The position numbers and the translations under genes were made by a program. Positions 26,697 through 40,809 of a stretch of 64,000 bases of DNA are shown here, in pieces (within the stretch, counting starts at the first letter, position 1; every line of letters starts with the position of its first letter). The stretch spans positions 85,748,001 through 85,812,000 of the forward strand of contig NC_086097.1 in NCBI RefSeq assembly GCF_963921235.1, read 5' to 3'. The notes below the pieces were generated by a model. It was given only the letters and a program-made list of their open reading frames with translations. It was not told the DNA's origin and made no database searches. The DNA comes from Mobula hypostoma (taxonomy: Eukaryota).

Positions 26697-28080
26697 CAGG
26701 TTTCCCCCGCTATCCGAAGGTACAGCGTTCCTATGAAACAGTTTGTAAGCCGGAATGTCGTAAAGTGAATAAGCAATTACCATTTATTAATATGGGAAAA
26801 AATTTTGAGCGTTCCCAGACCCAAAAAATAACCTACAAAATCATGCCAAATAACACATAAAACCTAAAATAACAGTAACATATAGTAAAAGCAGGAATGA
26901 TATGATAATTACACAGCCTATATAAAGTAGAAATACTTTTCTGCAGCACTGTCTAGCACAGTGAAAATCTCGTGGAAGCGCTCTCGACAGAAACATGGCG
27001 CAAGCATTCTCGGCAGAAACACTCTCTCCAGTAACCTTTAAGCTATGAAGCTGCCAAATCATACCAAATAACACATAAAAATACACAGCCTATATAAAGT
27101 AGAAATAATGTATGTACAGTGTAGTTTCACTTACCAGAATCGGGAAAACTCCAATAAATTGCAGTTTCATCACAGTTAAACACTTGCTTATATGAATAAA
27201 CACCTGACGCAAACAGCAATCGCCTCTGATCTGGGCTGACATTTACATGCCGGGCAGCACCTAATTAATTAGCTCGTTTATTTCGGCTTTTTTGTTAAAG
27301 ATGTTCTGGCTGCATTCTGACTACCGCTGCACCCCTGCATGCTTCGCGGCAATGTATCGGTCCGCGGCCCGGAGGTTGGGGACCACTGTTTAAACTATAA
27401 AGCTGCCCTCACCTCAGAAACTGATCAAACCACCCATGACTACCTTTAAATTCCACTTTCGCAACACTTTCATCACCATCATCCAGTGCTGTTTCAGCTT
27501 ATTAAAAAGACTGACTGATTTCTCCTTAAGTATAAGAAAACTTAACAGAACACCACACTCTGTACACCCATCAATCCACTCAAGCAATAGACTTTCCATT
27601 TTATCCATTATTGGATGCCGACTAAGAGAGACCACTTTGCTACGAGCAGAACCAACAAACATTGGCAGCTTTCAAAATTCTTTCTCTCTGCATATAAATA
27701 GTGCAAATGGTGGACGCAGGCAAGTTCAACGCACAGACAATATCCTTACTTCGTTCACTACGATCGAAACACTTAATTATGTCTAGTTTTAAGAGCTCGT
27801 AACACCCTTAAGAGCTCTTTTAGGCTTTTCCAATACCTTAGAACTCATCTTGCTAACGGATGCACAAAATAAATCGAGATAAAGCACATGTTTAAGCAAT
27901 GCCAGAATGCAGTTCCGGGGGAGGAGCTTGGCTGTTCGGGTGCGCGCTGCCTTTTTTTGCACCCTGCTTTTTCTTGTAACAGTGAAAACACCTTCTGTTA
28001 GCGAAAACAAGTAACTAACGTAGGTCTTTCGTAACAGCGAGGTGTCGTAAAGCGAATGTTCGGAAAACAGGGGCCACCTT
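26697..28080 (-). mobile_element. Tigger/pogo-like DNA transposon, internally deleted, carrying a hAT-type end near 27358-27388
   Basis: TA-flanked imperfect TIRs caggtttcccccgctatccgaa / ttcggaaaacaggggccacc; CENP-B-type HTH remnants (MESLLLEWID..ILKEK..FKGSHGWFDQF). Confidence 0.85.
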
Positions 28081-29046
28081 TAAGTGGGAGGCCTGATTTG
28101 GATCTCATTTTTTGATCTTGAGTTCTAAAACCTTACTATGAATCTGCACTTTAGGAAAAAAGTCACAACAAAGTGGACTAATGTGTGTGCATTCACCAAC
28201 CATGAGGATGTTTGCTCACTCAACTGTGCCTTTGGATGATTCAGTGCATCACTGAAAGATATTCTTTTTAAGGACCAACTCCAAAGAATTTGCATTTAAA
28301 TAGTGGATTTCACAATTTTAGAATGTTCCAAGCTGCATAACCACTTAAGTAAACTAAAATACAATTTCAATTATAAACACAGTGGCCAGGATAAATACTG
28401 CATAAACTACAGGAACAGCAATGTGATAGGGACTTAACAATCTGTTTAAGTAACTCCAGCATCTGGAGAACCTCTTGTTTTTATGCTTTAGTAACATGGT
28501 TGACTATAAATACTAAACAAGACATTGCAAGGGTTAAAATGCAGGGAACTGCAAATGCTGGAAATACTCAGTAGCTCTGACAGCATCTGTGGAGAAATCA
28601 GATATTACACTCCAGAACAAATGATCTTTTACAGGAACTAATAAAAGTTCACTGAACTGAAGTATTGACTGTTTCCTCTCTGCAGTCATGCTACCTGATC
28701 TGTGGAGTATCAAGGTTCTTTGTTTCACTAATCTGTACTATGTATAAGTGTCAGTGCTTACATATCTGCAGTGCAATTTAAATCTACAAACTTCTGACTC
28801 AAAAGAATGACTAATATAACTAAGCCAAAACTAACAAAATAACTTAAGTGAGTCCTTTCAGGCAACATTACTCTAGCCAAATGGCTATTTGGCAGTAGGA
28901 TCTTCAAAACAATATCCACATTTCAAAAAGCTCAAATAGAACATGGCCCTTCAGGATTCCCCTAAAAATAATGCAATAATATCTGAGGCAATTAGGAAAG
29001 GGAAGTTGGCTGATCAACATACAGACTTAACATTCACACATTTTAC

Positions 29047-29142
29047 CTTTTTTAAAACCAACAGTGTCACCACATCACCAGAATTTCTAAATATTTCCAC
29101 CGCCTCCTGATGAGTCACATTGGAAAGCTCTCGCCCATTGAT
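29047..29142 (-). CDS. SYNJ2BP: SYNJ2BP-like coding exon 3 (INGRELSNVTHQEAVEIFRNSGDVVTLLVLKK)
   Basis: Acceptor tttctttttataaattag, donor AAG|gtaaaa, 96 nt, phase 0-0; C-terminal half of the PDZ with the alphaB His (THQEAV). Confidence 0.95.
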
Positions 29143-29249
29143 CTAATTTATAAAAAGAAATATTTTTACATTACTGATGGAGTTAGGACATGTTATATGT
29201 AATCTAAAATAAGTTGTCATGGACTGGTTAATACAACTAATTAACCCGG

Positions 29250-30195
29250 CTAACGATCAACATTGGCGCATCTCAAGGATGTATGCTTTGTCCACTCTCT
29301 ACTGTCTCTATACCCATTACTGTGTGGCTAGGCATAGCTCAAATGCCATCTATAAATTTGCTGATGATACAACGATTATTGGCAGAATCTCAGAGATGAG
29401 AGGGCATTCAGGAGTGAGATATACCAGCTAGTTGAGTGTTGTCACAGCAATAACCTTGCACTCAACGTCAGTAAGACCGAGAGCTGTTTGTGAACTTCAG
29501 AAAAGGTAGGACGAGGGATCACAAACTTATCCTCAGAGGGATCAAAATTGGAAAGAGTGACCAATTTCAAGTTCCTGGGTGTCAAGTTATCTGAAGATCT
29601 AACCTGGTCAACATACCTATGTGGCTATAAAGGCGGCAAGACAGCAGCTATATTTCATTAGGAGTTTGAGGAGATTTGATTCGACTCCTAACACACTCAG
29701 AAACTTTTATAGATGTACTGTGGAGAGCATTCTGGCAGGCTTCATCACTGTCTAGTATGGGGGGACTATTGCACAGGATCAAATGAAGTTATAGAAAGAT
29801 GTAAAATTAGCTAGCCGCTGTAGTATCCAAGACACCTTCAAGGAGCGGAGTCTCAGAAAGGCGGCGTTCATCATTAAGGACCTCCATCACCCAGGACATG
29901 CCCCCTTCACACTGTTACCATCAGGAAGGAGGTACAGAAGCCTAAAGGCACACACTCAGTGATTCAGGAACAGTTTCTTCCCTTCTGCCATCTGATTCCT
30001 AAATGGACAATGAACCCACGAACACTTTTATTATTTCTGTTTTTGCACTATTTTTAATTTAACTATTTAATATGCATATATATACTTGGTGTAATTTAGT
30101 TTTTTCCTATATTACAATGCATTGCATTGTACTGCTGTCACTAAGTTAACAAATTTCACGACATCTGGTAGTGATATTAAACCTGATTCTGATTA
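29250..30195 (+). mobile_element. Rex1/Babar-like LINE 3' fragment
   Basis: YKFADDT RT motif, tail aaacctgattctgat. Confidence 0.85.
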
Positions 30196-30269
30196 ACCTT
30201 GCAGGGATGTAGAGACGTGCAAGTACAACAGAGCAGCAATTGCCCAAATATCAATATGCTAAGATTAAG

Positions 30270-31105
30270 TTTAAAGTTCAAAGTACTTTTATTAAGGAAT
30301 GTATACATTATACAAACCTTGAGATTAGTCTCCTCACAGGCAGTCACAAAACAAAGAAACCCCCAAAAAATTTTAAAAGACCAAACACGCAATGTATAGA
30401 GTGAAAAAAAAATGTGCAAACAACAGAAGTAAGTAAATAGCATTTAGAATGAAAATGAGTCCATAGGTACGAAGCCTGGAGCAGCTAGAGCTGGCCACAG
30501 CCTCAGCTCAGTGCAGTAAACGTAGAAGAGCCCTCAGACACAGAGCATGGAGTAGCCAGAACAGACCACAGCCTCAGCCTCAGTACAGCACAGAACTGAG
30601 TAAACGTCACAGAGGAGTGAGTAGAACTGGCCCGAACCTCACCTCTTGTCCTGACACCCTGCCTTTTCAATTCATCGGGCCTGGTGTTTAAATTGTCTAA
30701 ACATTGGGTTGTTCCTCACACTAAGATCTGGGCCCTGTTGCATCGATACGCTCTGGGCCTGGACCCCACCACCACGTTTCAGCCTGTTCCTGACCTTTCC
30801 AAATCTGCCTGGCGCTTAGATAAATCAAACCTCGCTTTCGGTTTAGATTGACGGGCCTTGAATCTGCCTCTCCTCTGCTCCGACTTTGCTCAGCTCCACT
30901 TGCCCTGACTTTGCCTCGAATATGCTTCGCACCCACACACTTCAACCCTCAACTCAGCCTCGCCTTTGCTTGCCTCTGTGGTGATCATTTACCATAAACT
31001 TTACAAGGAAAAGTTTTGTTAATAATGTATTTAGTTGTATTCTATGTTTTGTTTACCGCCAGTAAGTAGTCGCTGGGCTTCACCAGTGCCAACTTAAACT
31101 AGAAG
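30270..31105 (-). mobile_element. Non-autonomous repeat with Rex1-type 3' UTR
   Basis: gttcaaagtacttttattaaggaatgtatacattatacaaaccttgag is shared with 49110-49310. Confidence 0.5.
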
Positions 31106-32803
31106 ATTAAAAGGTTATATGAAGTGGATAATCCCCAATATGTATTCAAAGGAATTTTAACCAGTATGTTCTAAGCTCAACTGAGGAAAGGACATTGCTG
31201 AATCTGGTAATGTGGAATGAGGTGAACCAAATGGCAATGGCATTTGAAGAATGATCATTTTAAGGCTTAAACAGAGGATGGCAAGGAAGTCAAACAAAAT
31301 TGGAAGAACACTCACAGAGAAATATAAGAGGAGGCAGGGCATTTAAATCTGAGAGCCTGCTCAGTCACTGAACATAATCAAGGCTGATCTATAGTCCACA
31401 TCATACTACCATTCTCCTCATTCCTCAACGCCTTATGCCATAAGTAACATGGCATCTATAGCCCTCTGAGGTGGAAGATTCTACATCATCAGTGCAGAAA
31501 CAACTTCCTCTCAGTCCTAAATGTCTCGCCTTGTACTCTGGGTCCAAAGGCTCTTAAACTACCCCCTTCTCTAATATCCTCCAGCAAGGGGAAAGAAACC
31601 CCTTCAACTAGTTCATCTAGCCCAGTTTATGAACTAGATTCTTTACGTTTCAGTAAGATCTTCCATCATTCCCCTAGGGTCCACTGAACATGGGCTTTAT
31701 CAAACAACTACCTCATTACCTGATAGTTACTCAATCCTAGCAATTAATGTGGCAAATCTTCCTGCATTCCCACTATTACAAGGACATTCTTCCTTTGGAA
31801 GGATGAATGAGATGGCACAGTCAAATAGTTCAAAAGTAAATTTATTATCAAAGTACATATATGTCATCATATACAATCCTGAGATTCATTTTCTTGTGGG
31901 CATTCACAGTAAGTACAAGAAACACGATAGAATCAATGAAAGACTGCACCCAACAAGACAGACAAACAATGTGCAAAAAACAACAAATGTGCAAATGCAA
32001 AAAGAAAGAAACAATAATAATAATAAATAAGCAATAAATCTCAAGAACATAAAATGAAGAGTCCTTGAAAGTGAGCCCATAGGCTGTGGGAATAGTTCAG
32101 TGATGGGGTGAGTGAAGTTATTCCCTCTGGTTCGAGAGCCTGATGGTTGAGGAGTAATATCTGTTCCTGAACTTGGGGTGGTGTGGGTCCTGAGACCTTC
32201 TGTGCCTCTTTTCTGATAGTAGCAGTGAGAAGAAAGCATGGTATGGATGGCAGGGGTCCTTGATTTATGCTGCTTTCCTGCGACAGCGCTCCTTGTAGAT
32301 ATGCTCAATGGTGGGGGGGTTTTACTTGTGATTGACTGAGCTGTATCCACTTTCTGTGGGCTTTTTTGTTCAAGGGTATTGGTTTTCCGGCACCAGGCCT
32401 TGATGCAACCAGTCAGTATACTCTCCATCACACATCTATTAGAAGTTTGTCAAAGTTTTAGATGACATGCCAAGTCTTCACAAACGCCCAAGAAAGTAGA
32501 GGCATTGTTGTGCTTTCTTCACAATGGCACATATTTGCTGGACCCAGTACAGATCCTCTGAAATGATAACACAGAGGAACTTAGAGTTACTGACGCTCTC
32601 CTCTTCTGATCCCCAGATGATGACTGGCTCACTGACTTTTGGTTTCCTCCTACTGTAGTCAATAATCAGCTCCTTGGTCTTGCTGACATTGAATGAAAGG
32701 TGTTGTGGCACCGATCAGCCAGATTGTCAATCTCACACCTATATGCTGATTCGTCACCACTCTTGATTTGGCCAACAATAATGGTATCATCAGCAAACTT
32801 ATA

Positions 32804-34415
32804 CAGTGGCATGCAAAAGTTTGGGCACCCCTGGTCAAAATTTCTGTTACTGTGAATAGCTAAGCAAGTAAAAGATGACCTGATTTTCAAAAGGCATAAA
32901 TATAAAGATGACACATTTCTTTAATATTTTAAGCAAGATTACTTATTTATTTCTATCTGTTACAGTTTCAAAATAACAGAAAAGGAAAAGGGCCTGAAGC
33001 AAAAGTTTGGGCACCCTGCATGGTCAATACTTAGTAACACCTCCTTTGGCAAGTATCACAGCTTGTAAACACTTTCTGTAGCCAGCTAAGAGTCTTTTAG
33101 TTCTTGTTTGGGGGATTTTCGCCCATTCTTCCTTGCAAAAGGCTTCTAGTTCTGTGAGACACTTGGGCCATCTTGCATGCACTGCTCTTTTGAGGTCTAT
33201 CCACAGATTCTCGATGATGTTTAGGTCGGGGGATTGTGAGGGCCATGGCAAAACCTTTAGTTTACGCCTCTTGAGGTAGTCCATCATGTTCAGGATCATT
33301 ATCCTGTTGTAGAAGCCATCCTCCTTTCATCTTCAACTTTTTTTTTACAGACGGTGTGATGTTTGCTTCCAGAATTTGCTGATATTTAATTGAATTCATT
33401 CTTCCCTCTACCAGTGAAATGTTCCCTGTGCCACTGGCTGCGACACAAGCCCAAAGCATGATTGATGCACCCCCCACCATGCTTAACAGTTGGAGAGGTG
33501 TTCTTTTCATGAAATTCTGCACCCCTTTTTCTCCAAACATACCTCTGCTCATTGCGACCAAGAAGTTCCATTTTAACTTCATCAGTCCACAGGGCTTGTT
33601 TCCAAAATGCATCAGGCTTGTTTAGATGTTCCTTTGCAAACTTCTGATGCTGAATTTTGTGGTGAGGACGCAGGAAAGGTTTTCTTCTGATGACTCTTCC
33701 ATGTAGGTCATATTTGTGCAGGTGTCGCTGCATAGTAGAACAGTGCACCAGCACTCCAGAGTCTGTTAAATCTTCCTGAAGGTCCTTTGCAGTCAAATGG
33801 GGGTTTTGATTTGTCTTTCTAGCAATCCTATGAGCAGTTCTCTCAGAAGGATCTCTTGGTCTTCCAGACCTCAACTTGACCTCCACCTTTCCTGTTAATT
33901 GCCATTTCTTAATTTCATTACGAACTGAGGAAATGGCTACTTGAAAATGCTTTGCTAGTTTCTTATAGCCTTCTCCTGCTTTGTGGGCATCATTTATTTT
34001 AGTTTTCAGAGTGCTAGGCAGCTGCTTAGAGAAGCCCATGGCTGCTGATTGTTGGGACAGGTTTGAGGAGTCAGGGTATTTATAAAGCTTTGAAATTTGC
34101 ATCACCTGGCCTTTCCTAATGATGACTGAACAAGCCATAGCCCTAACAAGTTAATTAAGGTCTGAGACCTTGGTAAAAGTTATCTGAGAGCTCAAATCTC
34201 TTGGGATGCCCAGACTTTTGCATGGTGCTCCTTTCCTTTTTTTCCACTCTAAAATTGTACAAAACAAAAATAATACACTAATCTTGCTTAAAATGTTGAA
34301 AAAAATGTTTCATCTTTTACTTTGACTTTTGGAGATGAGTTCATCTTTTACTTGCTTAGCTATTCACAGTAACAGAAATTTTGACCAGTGGTGCCCTAAC
34401 TTTTGCATGCCACTG
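32804..34415 (-). mobile_element. Tc1-like transposon, full length, TA target duplication
   Basis: TIRs cagtggcatgcaaaagtttgggcacc / ggtgccctaacttttgcatgccactg, TA on both sides; internal repeat of the terminal motif at ~32999. Confidence 0.95.
33024..34039 (-). pseudogene. Tc1 transposase, frameshifted
   Basis: MGFSKQL...WTDEVK...TVKHGG / QQDNDP / WPSQSPDLNIIENLW spread over three frames. Confidence 0.9.
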
Positions 34416-36289
34416 TATATAGCTTTGAAGCTGTGCTTAGCCTCAGAGTCATAAGTATAAAACAAGTACAGCAAGGGGCTAAGCACACCGCCTTGTTGCA
34501 CAAGAATATATTGAGACCTAGGTTTTGAAGCTTATTGATTCATTCTGAGGGGATGATAGAGTTGAATGCAGAGCTGTAGTCAATGAAGGGCATCCTGACG
34601 TATGCATCTTTACTGTCCAGAAGTTCCAGGGTTCAATGAAGAGCCAATCTGCTGCTGAGCTGTTTTGATGGTTGGCAAATTGGAGCATATCCAAGTTGCC
34701 TTTCAGGCAGAAGTTAATCTGTTTCATCACCAACCTCTGAAAGCACTTCATCATAGTGAATGTAAGTGCTACTGGACGAAAGTCACCGAAGTAGGTTACC
34801 ACGTTCTTTTTAGGCACTGGTATAATTGAAGCCTGCTGGAGGCAGGTGGATACCTCAGACTGCCAATGCCAGAGGTTAAAGATACAAGTCAACACTCCAG
34901 CCAGTTGATCAGTACAGGTCTTCAGTATCAGCCAGGTACCCAATCTGTGGGATCACACTCCAGAAGGTTGCACCTAAGTCAGCTTCAGAGACTAAAATCA
35001 CAGGGTCATCTGGGGTTATGGCGGTTTGTGAAAGTGCCTCCATGTTTTGACAGTTAAAGTGAGCATAAAAAGCATTGAGCTCATCTGGGAGCAAAACCTT
35101 GTCACCTATGTTGTTCCATTTCACTTTGGTTTGTAAGTGGTGATTATATTCAAGTTCCACCACAGCTGTTGAGCATTCTTCAGTGATTCAAATTTAGTCT
35201 GAAATTGCAATTTCACATACGAGATGGCTGTCTGGAGATCGAAACTGGACCTCTTGTATGCTACTTGGTTGCCAGACCTGAAGACCATTGATCTGGCACT
35301 CAACAGATTACAGACATCATGGTTCAACTAGGGATTCAGTCTGAGGAAGATGCTGAATGATTTTGTAGGGGCACACTCATCTACAAGTGTTTTTATAAAC
35401 TTCATCACAACCGTGATGTATTCACTCAGGTCTTTGAGGTGGCCTCGAACATGGCCCAATCCACCGACCCAAAGCAATCCTGTAGCCGCTCCTCTGCCTC
35501 TTGCAACTATCTCTTTGTTGTGCTTACTTCTGGAGCCTTGCTCTTTATCCTCTGCCTGTTTGCAGGTCAGAGGAAGAAAGCCAAATGGTCAGATTTCCCA
35601 AAGTGTGATCAATCCCAAAAATCAAAAGGTAAGCATCCCTTATGGAAGTATAGAAGTGGTCAAGTATGTTGTAATACCTGGTGCTACAGGTGATATGTTT
35701 ATGATAATTGGGCAGAGAACTCTTCATTAAAGTCCCTGACAATGATTTGAAAGTCATCCAGGTAGGCCATTTCTTGGTTGCTGATGGTGGCACTCAGAAC
35801 CTCAAGTGCTTACTGAACATCAGCCTTTGGCGGTATGTAAACTGTGGTTAGGATCGTGGAGGAGAACCCTGTTGGTAAGTAGAATGGTCGGCACTTAATC
35901 ATTAGATGTTGCAGGTTGGATGAACAAGAATGCAACAAAGTTGCTGTGTCCAAGCACTACGAAGACTTTATCATGAAACACAAACCCCCACCTTTTGCTT
36001 TCTCCAAATTAGCAGACCTCGGGTCTGATTCCGAATTTGGCATTTCTTGAGTTAGCCATGTCTCCGTGAAACACAGAATGCAAGAATCCCTCGTTACTTT
36101 TTGATACAGCAATGTTGCCCTTAGGTCCTCAATCTTGTTCTCCAGTGACTGTACATTTGCTAACAAGATGATGGATGAAGAAACATTTCGTACCCTGGTG
36201 TGTATCTCATTATGGTCCTTATAGTAGCAGAAAGACACCTTTTCTCCTGTACTCAAAGCCCCTCAAAACAAATGTCAATGTTATTTGCA

Positions 36290-37110
36290 TAGAAGGTTGA
36301 AAGGTGGCAAATGTACCACCCTGAGAAAGTGCTTTGAAAGGTTTGAATTAAGGGGTGCCTTCACGGATTTGTGAAAGGAAGGTTGTGTTCTCCTAATCTA
36401 AATGTAATTTTTTGTATAGAAGGTTAAGAAAGGGAATGCAGTGGATATTCTCCACACAGATTTTATGGAAGGACAGTACAACAGACTGATTAACAAAACT
36501 GAGCCTCTTGGAACACAAGGGTCAGTATCTATCTGCATAAAAATAAAATTGCTTTACAAGAAATCATCATGTTGTGCTAACTGCTTCCCTCCCCCCACCC
36601 CCATAAATGAAGGATGGTAAACAGTCCTCATTGAGAGGACTAATTCATATGACGGACATTGGAAAAAATTAAAATTTCACCATCTGCCAATGATAAGGTC
36701 TGCTCAGATTTGTCGAGGACAAGGCCATAATCCAAAAGAATGGACAGATAAATGGAAGATAAAATTTAATAAAAGCAAGTGTGAACTGATTTATGTTGCA
36801 GGAAAAGATGCAGAGAGATATCACAGACATCAGTTCTAAGGTGTGTACAGGGACATATGCAGCCAGCAACCCATGGGCATAAACATGTGAAGTTGGCAGG
36901 ACATACTTCTAGAGTAGTTAGCAAAGCATGTGGAATCTTGAGTTTCAAGAATCTCTAGAGATATTAAGTACAAATACGTAGAAGTAACACGAAACAGAGT
37001 ATTGCTATCTGTTCTGGTTACCGTTACTTAAGAAGCACGTGAAGGTCCTTAAGATGGTGTGGAGATTTACCAGATTAGTTCTTTGGATGAAGATTTTAAT
37101 TACAAGGTTA
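36290..37110 (+). mobile_element. Old CR1 LINE fragment
   Basis: Degenerate RT segments (ggaaggttgtgttctcctaatct; gggaatgcagtggatatt). Confidence 0.6.
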
Positions 37111-37178
37111 TATCAGAGAATCTGTCATTGTTCAAGATTAAATTCATATCCAATGAGTATTCAAAACAGATGTCTTAC

Positions 37179-37315
37179 TGCTAAGATTTGGTCTTTTTCT
37201 TTTAACCGTCCATCAAGACCTGCTGGTCCATCAGCTTTAATTTTGCTCACGTAGATTGCACTGTCCTTACAATTGGGCGGGTAATCGGTTCCTCCAATAA
37301 TATTGAATCCCAACC
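37179..37315 (-). CDS. SYNJ2BP: SYNJ2BP-like coding exon 2 (GLGFNIIGGTDYPPNCKDSAIYVSKIKADGPAGLDGRLKEKDQILA)
   Basis: Acceptor ctcatttgtag, donor GCA|gtaaga, 137 nt, phase 1 to 0; GLGF loop and DGRL..D.IL PDZ motifs. Confidence 0.95.
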
Positions 37316-37696
37316 CTACAAATGAGCAAGGTCATAAATAAACATAGTTAAAAGAAAAATACCTTATCAACAACAGCTAGTATAGCACAAATTTTCTGAA
37401 ATGAAATGTATCTTCTGAGATCTTCAATGAAAGTCCGAACAGCAATACCTTTTGATCAACTTGGAATAGGACATTTACATTGTGAGATCAGGCTAATTTT
37501 AAGCACTTCAAACACACTCGTAATAAATTCTAATTAGAACAGCAAAAAGGATGTGTCCATGATATTTCTTAGTCAGATACTTTCTCCTGTATGATCCAGA
37601 TTTTCAAAGCTCCATCACTCAAGACATGCTTCTAGAAGCCTGAAGCCTAGCTTCTGGAATTCCCTCATAACTTAACAACACTCTTGTTTTCCTCTC

Positions 37697-40510
37697 ATAC
37701 AGTCGTAGAACACTGCATCACACAAAAACGCTTTTCAACCCATCTAGTCCATAGCCCTCCATACCACTCCTATCCATGTACTGTACATATCCAAATTTCT
37801 CTTAAACGTTGAAATCAAACCTGCATTCACCACTTCCACTGGCAGCTCATTCCACACTCTCACCATCCTCTGAATGAAGTTCCCCCTCATGCTCCCCTTA
37901 AACATTTCATCTTTCATACTTAATCCATGACCTCTAGTTCTAGTCTCACCTAAACTCAGTGGGAATAGCCTGCTTACTTTTACCCAATCTATATCCCTCA
38001 TAATTTTGTATGCATCTATCAAATCTCCCCTCATTCTCCTACACTCTACAGAATAAAATCCAAATCTACTCAACCTTTCCCTATAACTTAGGTACTCAGG
38101 GCTTGGTATCAGCCTTGTAAATTTTCTCTGCACTCTTTCAATCTTATTGACATCTTTCCTATAGGTAGGTGACTAAAACTACACACAATACACCAAATTA
38201 GGCCTCACCAATGTCTTATACTACTTCAACCTAATATCCTAACTCCTGTACTCAATACTTTGATTTATGCAGGCCAATGCAACCCTATCTAACTGTGTTG
38301 TCATGTTCAAAGAATTATGGATAAGTATTCCCAGATCCACCTATTCTACCACACTACTCAGTGTCCTAGCGCTCACCGTGTAAGTCCTATCCTGGTTTGT
38401 CCTTCCAAAGTGCAACACCTCACATTTGTCTGCATTAATTTCTATCTGCCATTTTCATCCCACTTTTTTCAGCTGGTTCAGATCCAGTTGCCAGCTTTGA
38501 TAGCCTTCCTTGTTGTCCATCACACCCCCATCCTGGTGTCATCCTCAAATTTGCTGATCCAGTTTACTACATTATCATCCAGATCATTGATACTGATGAT
38601 AAACAACAATGCACCTCATACTGATCCCTCTTGTACACCACTTGTCACAGCGCTCCAATCAGAGAGAGATCCATCTACCACCACTCTCTGGCTTTTCCTC
38701 CAAAGCCAACGTTGGAATCAATTTACCTCCTCACTCTAAATACCAAGCAACTAAAACTTCTTGACCAGCCTCCCATACGGGATCTTGTCAAAGGCCATGC
38801 TAAAGTCCCTGTAGACAACATCCATTGCTTTGCCTTCATCAACTTTCCTGGTAACTTCCTCGAAAAACTCCATAAGATTGGTTAGACACAACCTACTATA
38901 CAAAGAGCCATGTTGGCTATCCCTATCCAAATACTTACATATGCAGTCCCTGAGAATACCTTTCAAGAACTGACCCACTACTGATATCAGGCTCACCAGC
39001 CTCTAATTTCCCAGCTTATTCTTAGAGCTGGAGTTCCCAACTATTTTTATGCTGTGGACCCCTACCATTATCTGAGGGGTCCATGGACCCCAGGTTGGGA
39101 ACTTCTGTCTTAGAGCCTTTCTTAAACAAAGGAACAACATTCGCTATCCTCCGATCTTTCAGCACCTCACCCATGCTTCAGCATGTTTTAAGTATCTCTG
39201 CTAGGATCCCTGCAATTTCTGCACTAGCATCACCCAGGATCTTTGGAAACCTTACCATGCCCTCGGGATTTATCCACCCTAATTTGCCTCAAGACAGTAA
39301 ACACCTCCTGCTCTTTAATCTCTATGTAGCCCATGACCTCACTACTGCTTTGCCTCGCTTCTATTGACTATGTCCACCTGCCGAATAAAAACAGATACAA
39401 AGAAAGCATTTAAAATCTTGCCCATCACTTCCGGCTCCATGCATAAATGACCACTCTGATCTTCAAGAGGGCCAATTTGTCTCTTGCTATCCTTTTGCTC
39501 TTACTATATCTGTAGAAGCCCATGAGATTTCCCTTCACTTTGTCTGCTAGAGCAACCACATGCCTTCTTTTAGCTCTCCTGATTTCTTTCTTAAGTGTTC
39601 TCTTGCATCTTGCCTATACCTGCTATACATCTCTTTCCTCTTCTTAACGAGGGCCTCAATATCTCTCAAAAAAACAAGATTCCTCAAACCTGTTACCTTT
39701 GCTTGTTATTCTGACAGGAATATACAAATTCCATACTCTCAAAATTTCACTTTTCAAGACCTCCCACTTACCAAGTACACTTTTGCTGTCCCAATCTCCA
39801 CTTGCCATTAGTATTGGCTTTTCCCCAATTTAGAATCTGAACCCGAGAATTACACTTATCCTCTCCACAATTATCTTGAAACTAATGGCATTATAACTAG
39901 ATGCAAAGTGTTCCCCTACACAAAAACTGTCACCTGCCCTGTCTCATTTCCTAATAGGAGATCTAGTATTGCATTCTCTATGCATTAAATAAAGGAAACT
40001 TTCTTGAACAAACTTAAACAAAATCTATCCTGTCCACCCCTTTATTAGTATAGGACTCCCAGTCAATATGTAGTAAGTTAAAAGCATCTACTATCACAAT
40101 CTCATGTTTCTTGCAACAATCTGTGATCTGTCTACAAATTTGGTCTTCTACGAAGGTAAATCCCACTGATAGTTGGGTGGTTTTTAATACAATTCCGTTA
40201 ATGTGGTCATCCCCTTTGTATTCTTTAGTTCCACCTATATAGCCTCAGTACAAGTTCTCGTGCTTGCCCTTTCTGAGGAATATGTGATATTTTCCCTAAT
40301 AATGCCATCCCTTCACCTTTAAACCCTTCTGCTCTATCACATGTAAAACAAGAACATTGAGCAGTCAGTGCTGCCCCTCCAGCAACCAAGTGCCACTAAT
40401 AGCTACAATGTCATAATTTCATGTGCTGATTCATGCCCAAACCTCATCTGCCTTTCCTACAACACTCCTTGCAATGAAATACACGGAGCTCAGAACAGTA
40501 GTCACACCGT
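37697..40510 (-). mobile_element. CR1/HER1-like LINE, ~2.8 kb, degenerate
   Basis: SQHG..CLTNLMEFFEEVT..D.VY.DFS.AFDK and QRKFTRLIP..RRMRGDLI motifs. Confidence 0.92.
39028..39107. mobile_element. 80-bp hAT (Charlie-like) MITE
   Basis: TIR ctggagttcccaac / gttgggaacttctg; 8-bp TSD tcttagag. Confidence 0.85.
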
Positions 40511-40809
40511 GTCGAACCTTGTGACTATGATCGATAATCACAGTCATGTTCATGGAATAAAATCAGAAACTTCACTACACAGAATAAGATCATTCAAGCA
40601 AATATGACCATGTCTTTTGAAAGAACTGCTCAAGCTAATACCAACTTTCAGCACATTATGTGTAACCCAGCAGATCATACCTCCAGTATATCCAAGCATT
40701 TTTAAGAGTGGTAAAGCGTTTCTACTCTTTCGGACGCTGTGCTCATTGATCCCTTCCACACTATAGTTAGAATCCTGATCTACCTATTAATATTCCAGAC
40801 AATTACCAT

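Larger units (their letters stand above)
31828..36250 (-). mobile_element. Near full-length degenerate Rex1/Babar LINE (APE + RT + 3' UTR), split by Tc1
   Basis: LANVQSLENK/CFTETWL (APE), FRPVALT and YKFADD (RT), with many frameshifts. Confidence 0.9.

Noticed and set aside
40681..40783. Candidate extra exon in intron 1 (VDQDSNY...MLGYTG, donor GAG|gtatga)
   Set aside because: Weak acceptor; after the phase-1 exon 1 it reads into a stop; exon 1 at 47278-47338 already supplies the PDZ betaA strand.
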